A stretch of 64,000 bases of DNA from a virus, in the IMG/VR virus record IMGVR_UViG_3300032282_001564, positions 1 to 64,000 of that record, one strand, 5' to 3'. Shown here piece after piece: positions 59,928 through 64,000 of the stretch. Position 1 is the stretch's first letter, and each line of letters begins with the position of its first letter. A program made the position numbers and the translations under genes. The notes under the pieces are model-generated. The model saw nothing but the letters and a program-made list of their open reading frames with translations. It was not told where the DNA came from and ran no database searches.

Positions 59928-60925
59928 TAAACTATAAAGATATACGTAGCGTACATTTTGAGATTAGTACTAGATGTAATAGTACTTGTCCTGATTGTCC
60001 ACGCAACTTTCGCGGGGTAGACTTAGTAGATACATATCCAGTTACTGATATGAGTCTTGCTGATGCTAAACGTGTGTTTACTGTTGATTTCCTACAACAG
60101 TTAAATCATATTACTATCAATGGTAACTTTGGTGACTTTGTTACTGCACGTGATGGATTAGAAATTGTAAAGTATTTTAAATCGGCTAACCCTGGTTTGT
60201 ATATAGAAATTAGTACCAACGGTAGTGCTCGCCCGGACATCTGGGATCCATTAGGTCGACTAGGTGTTAAAGTTTATTTTAGGCTTGATGGATTAAAAGA
60301 CACACATCATCTATATAGACAGGGAACAGACTTTGAGTTTATACTAGATAATGCCAGCAAATTTATTGCCGCCGGTGGCAATGCAGTTTGGTCTATGATT
60401 GTATTTGATCACAATCGCTACCAAATTGAAGAAGCCAGAGCAATGAGCCAAACTTTGGGTTTTCAAGAGTTTGATGAAGTATACGCAGGGAGAGATGTAA
60501 TGCCTGTGTTTACTAGAGATAAAAAATTAAGTCATGTAATTGGTGACTATCGCGGTAGCACAGATTTTGATCAACTATTCAATGCCTATAACTATTATAA
60601 AGTAGATCCTACTGTAGCGGTAAAGGCAGAAAAGACAAATTATAAAATTGATTGTTACGCTAAACGTAATCAAGAAATATACATCTGTGCCAATGGCGAA
60701 GTTTATCCTTGCTGTTGGATTGGCAACTATCCACGACATAGTTGTGCTCGCCCTAGTAACTATCAACTACAGCCGTTAATTAAAGACAACAACGCAATTG
60801 AACATGGAATAGAAACAGCCATTACATGGTTCAACCAAATAGAAAAAACTTGGGATATAGATGGAGTCCCAAATGGTAAAATATATGAATGCAACGAAAC
60901 CTGCGGAATTAAAAATGCTTCCTAA
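59924..60925 (+). CDS. Radical SAM protein with C-terminal SPASM/twitch-like domain
   Basis: CNSTCPDC, NGNFGD, TNGS, LDG; C...GEVYPCCW...CNETC. Confidence 0.9.
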   Translation: MINYKDIRSVHFEISTRCNSTCPDCPRNFRGVDLVDTYPVTDMSLADAKRVFTVDFLQQLNHITINGNFGDFVTARDGLEIVKYFKSANPGLYIEISTNGSARPDIWDPLGRLGVKVYFRLDGLKDTHHLYRQGTDFEFILDNASKFIAAGGNAVWSMIVFDHNRYQIEEARAMSQTLGFQEFDEVYAGRDVMPVFTRDKKLSHVIGDYRGSTDFDQLFNAYNYYKVDPTVAVKAEKTNYKIDCYAKRNQEIYICANGEVYPCCWIGNYPRHSCARPSNYQLQPLIKDNNAIEHGIETAITWFNQIEKTWDIDGVPNGKIYECNETCGIKNAS

Positions 60926-62129
60926 GACTATCTGTATGCTACCTTGGATTAGTGTTGAAACTAGCCCAATGGGTACAGTACGCCCGTGCTGTATGGCACA
61001 TGATGAGATAGTAGATGACAATGGAAAGAAATACGACTTAAATGAAACAACGATTGAAGAAGCGTACCATAGTACTTATATGCAAAAATTGCGACAGGAG
61101 TTCCGTGATGGAAACAGACCGGGAACCTGTAACCGCTGTTGGGAGGAAGAGGCAGCGGGCCGAGACAGCAAACGAATCCACAGTCAAGTTCGTCTTAAAG
61201 AACTGTTTAAAAAAGTAGACTGGGATAATAACAATCCTGACCAACTTTGGTTTGTTGATTTAAAACTAGGTAATATCTGTAACTTAAAATGTCGTATATG
61301 TGGCTCGTGGTCCAGCTCAAGTTGGGCTACAGAAGAAATGGCCTACTTAGAACCTGGACGCAACAAGAAAGAACACATTGCCTACACTTGGTTAAAACAA
61401 GGCGCATGGCCACGTAAGACAACAACGTTCTGGGATAATATGCGTGAGCTTATTCCTAACATCAGATACTTTGAGTTTACTGGCGGTGAGCCTTGGATGA
61501 TTCAGGAGCACTGGGACCTATTAAAATTTGCCGCAGATAATAGATACAGTCAAAACATTGACATACATTACAACACCAATGCCACACAAGAGCTAGGCGA
61601 ACATACTGCGGTATGGAGCAAATTTGGTCGGGTAGACATTGCCTTCAGCGTTGACAATGTGGAAGAACGTTTTGAATATGAACGTTACGGTGCTGATTGG
61701 GTGTTGGCAAATAAAATCATCGACGATGTGCATTTTGCCAAAGAAGTGGATAGCCCTAACATAACCACACAACTTTGTTTTACTATCAATATTCAGAATG
61801 TTTACTACCTAGATGAATTACTTGCGTGGGCAAACACTAAAAACTTTGGTGACATATATTTTAATATGCTACACAGTCCAGACCATATGAGCATACAGCA
61901 TATGACTCCGCAAGCACAAGAATTAGTCTTAAACAAACTTAAAACTACATTTTGGACTAGCCGTAAGTATCAAGAAGAAATCAATAGTGTCATTAATTTT
62001 ATCGAAGCGGGCCCAGGTAGTGATGGTCAAGAGTTCTTACGTAAAATGAAACAAACAGATGCGTATCGCAAACAAGACTTTAGAGATACACATAGAGAAA
62101 TAGCTATTGCTATGGGTTATGAAGATTAA
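60915..62129 (+). CDS. N-twitch radical SAM protein
   Basis: CNLKCRIC, TGGEP; CMLPW...PCC...CNRCW; ATG 60915 preferred to 60861 to limit overlap. Confidence 0.9.
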   Translation: MLPKTICMLPWISVETSPMGTVRPCCMAHDEIVDDNGKKYDLNETTIEEAYHSTYMQKLRQEFRDGNRPGTCNRCWEEEAAGRDSKRIHSQVRLKELFKKVDWDNNNPDQLWFVDLKLGNICNLKCRICGSWSSSSWATEEMAYLEPGRNKKEHIAYTWLKQGAWPRKTTTFWDNMRELIPNIRYFEFTGGEPWMIQEHWDLLKFAADNRYSQNIDIHYNTNATQELGEHTAVWSKFGRVDIAFSVDNVEERFEYERYGADWVLANKIIDDVHFAKEVDSPNITTQLCFTINIQNVYYLDELLAWANTKNFGDIYFNMLHSPDHMSIQHMTPQAQELVLNKLKTTFWTSRKYQEEINSVINFIEAGPGSDGQEFLRKMKQTDAYRKQDFRDTHREIAIAMGYED

Positions 62130-63060
62130 ACTAGTTCACTTCAACAATGAATTTGGTAAATTTGTTTACCCAGCGTTTGCTGATTGTTTTTCTAACTACT
62201 TTGAATTAGAAGAATATGATACTACAAAAACGTACGATAAAGCCAGTACTGTATTTGTAATTAACACGCATCAATATATTTTTGTTAATCATTTAGTAAA
62301 CGATGGATACAAAGTTTTAGTAGAAAATCTACAGGAAAATTCTATTAACACACCATTGTCAGGCGAGCGAGTACAGCATATGATTTGTGTACACGATACT
62401 CGCATTACTGATATGATTACTGTACCTTTGTATTTTTGGTACAAAGAAAGTCGGCAGTTTGACTACAGGTCTTTACCAAGAACTAACACAGCCGATCTTA
62501 AATTTTTATTAATGATGAATTACCAAAGGGGTTTTAGAGATGCAATACATTATGTGTTTGACGACATACGTAATGAAGGCCTATATAGCTATGTTAGCCA
62601 CGGCATACAAATGCCCAGAGACATTAGGCAAAGCCAACCCCATTGGGATAGATACATTAACGCCGAATGGTATAACCGTACACAATTTAGTGTAGTAGTA
62701 GAAACGGCAATGACCCGTGGCCCAAGGGAAGTTTTTATAACAGAAAAAACAACAAAGCCGTTGGCAATGCGGCATCCGTTTATTACTTTGGCTTGTCCCG
62801 AAACACTAGCATTACTTAGAGCCGCAGGATTTGAAACGTACAATAACTTATTTGACGAAACATATGATACGGTCTTAGATGAACATGAAAGAATTAGAAA
62901 CGTATATCAACAAGTAAAAAATTACAACCATAATGGTTACGATAAAATTACACAAGATAAAATAGACTATAACTATAATTACTTTTACGATTATAATCAA
63001 GTAAACAAAAGATTTACACAAGACATAGTAACACCAATATTAGAATTTGCCAATGAATAA
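62119..63060 (+). CDS. Glycosyltransferase-like protein (GT10-like C-terminal motif)
   Basis: FSVVVET.....FITEKT.KP....HPFI...GF.T....FDE.YD. Confidence 0.5.
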   Translation: MKIKLVHFNNEFGKFVYPAFADCFSNYFELEEYDTTKTYDKASTVFVINTHQYIFVNHLVNDGYKVLVENLQENSINTPLSGERVQHMICVHDTRITDMITVPLYFWYKESRQFDYRSLPRTNTADLKFLLMMNYQRGFRDAIHYVFDDIRNEGLYSYVSHGIQMPRDIRQSQPHWDRYINAEWYNRTQFSVVVETAMTRGPREVFITEKTTKPLAMRHPFITLACPETLALLRAAGFETYNNLFDETYDTVLDEHERIRNVYQQVKNYNHNGYDKITQDKIDYNYNYFYDYNQVNKRFTQDIVTPILEFANE

Positions 63061-64000
63061 ACCCGAAACACTATGTATGGCTCCATGGGTACATACTTAC
63101 CTAAGCCCGCAAACTGAAAGACGTATGTGCTGTGCGTCTAGAGAGCCTGCACAAAACTTTCAACAGTATATTGACACTAGTTCGGGTACTGGAAAGTACA
63201 TACCTATTACGTTAGATAAGCATTGGAATAGTGAACACATGCGTAGTGTACGTCGACGCATGATGGCCGGAGAAACATTACCAGAATGCGAAGTGTGTAA
63301 TGACAAACTTTTAAACACAGACGTTTACCGTAGTTATTTTGAACGCCTGTTTGGGCATAAGTATTTACAAGTAGTAGAAAATACAGATTCTACAGGCTAT
63401 ACAACAATGAAGCCTGTTTCGTGGGATTACCGTTTCAGTAATCTTTGTAACTTCAAATGTCGTATGTGCGGTGATATGTTATCCAGTGCTTGGGAAACAG
63501 AACAACGTCAACATAATATGATCGACTGGAAAGATCCAAACACACACTGGATGAAACCTGAAGTCAAAGAGCAAATAACGAAGTTTCAAGACACCCAGGT
63601 AGAGCAAGAGTTTGCTACTGCTGTTGAAGAGCACCGAATAGAAGAGGTGTATTGGGTGGGAGGTGAACCGCTAATGTACGAACAACATTGGAAGTATATG
63701 CGGCGCATCATTGAACTTGGAGATGGAAAAAATGTTTATGCTAGGTATAACACAAATCTTAGTCGCGTTAATTATCGTGGTATTAATCTCTATCGGGACA
63801 TACTATCTGGGTTACGTGACTGGCAAATCTGTGCAAGCATCGACGGAACGGGCAGAATTGGAGAGTATATTAGATCAGGTCTTAATTTTGATTCGTGGCT
63901 TGAGAATCTCCGCGAGGGACTTAACTACAACCGTAGCCGCCGCCAAATCCGTTTGGATTTCACTCTTACTACACCAGGACTCTTTGAAGTACAAAAGATA
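63053..64000 (+). CDS. N-twitch radical SAM protein, truncated at window end (not in ORF track)
   Basis: Reads MNKPETLCMAPWVH...MCC...CEVC...CNFKCRMC...VGGEP; frame appears open to 64000. Confidence 0.88.
   Translation, partial: MNKPETLCMAPWVHTYLSPQTERRMCCASREPAQNFQQYIDTSSGTGKYIPITLDKHWNSEHMRSVRRRMMAGETLPECEVCNDKLLNTDVYRSYFERLFGHKYLQVVENTDSTGYTTMKPVSWDYRFSNLCNFKCRMCGDMLSSAWETEQRQHNMIDWKDPNTHWMKPEVKEQITKFQDTQVEQEFATAVEEHRIEEVYWVGGEPLMYEQHWKYMRRIIELGDGKNVYARYNTNLSRVNYRGINLYRDILSGLRDWQICASIDGTGRIGEYIRSGLNFDSWLENLREGLNYNRSRRQIRLDFTLTTPGLFEVQKI

Noticed and set aside
1090-62843. Numerous short antisense or alternate-frame ORFs in the track (e.g. 1090-1386, 3150-3515, 23110-23583, 49979-50572)
   Set aside because: They lie within well-supported genes, lack RBS and motifs, and are expected shadows of codon bias.
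1-64000. Stop-codon reassignment as seen in some large phages
   Set aside because: Long genes are intact in the standard code, and TAA, TAG and TGA all end genes at plausible boundaries.

Overview
A 64-kb segment of a large T4-related (jumbo-like) myophage genome, AT-rich, standard genetic code. 1-8.8 kb (minus): head module (major capsid, scaffold, prohead protease, acidic core protein, portal) and a tape-measure-like gene with a C-terminal LAS/M15-type peptidase motif. 8.8-10.3 kb (plus): gp26/gp51-like pair joined by a -1 slippery site, and a small membrane protein. 10.3-18.5 kb (minus): gp55 late sigma, gp47 and gp46 interleaved with three radical SAM genes, ending in a GIY-YIG-like gene followed directly by a ~420-nt structured non-coding stretch. 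18.6-52.7 kb (plus): baseplate and tail-fibre module, including a 4225-aa protein. 52.7-64 kb (plus): a sigma70-promoted cluster of glycosyltransferase-like genes and six more radical SAM genes. Most notable: (1) two polyglycine tail-adhesin domains that are each split across two genes, with the N-half capped by a 'GGGGG-CKIICT' domain ending in a hydrophobic tail, plus a stand-alone CFI-box-CTERM-like gene, suggesting an undescribed processing/ligation system; (2) the GIY-YIG gene plus a pseudoknotted ncRNA candidate; (3) nine radical SAM genes with glycosyltransferases and a 2OG-Fe(II) oxygenase beside the fibres; (4) a G/GT-type -1 frameshift; (5) a capsid ORF that reads through its own terminator. 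All product calls come from motif recognition and gene order by eye; no searches were run.
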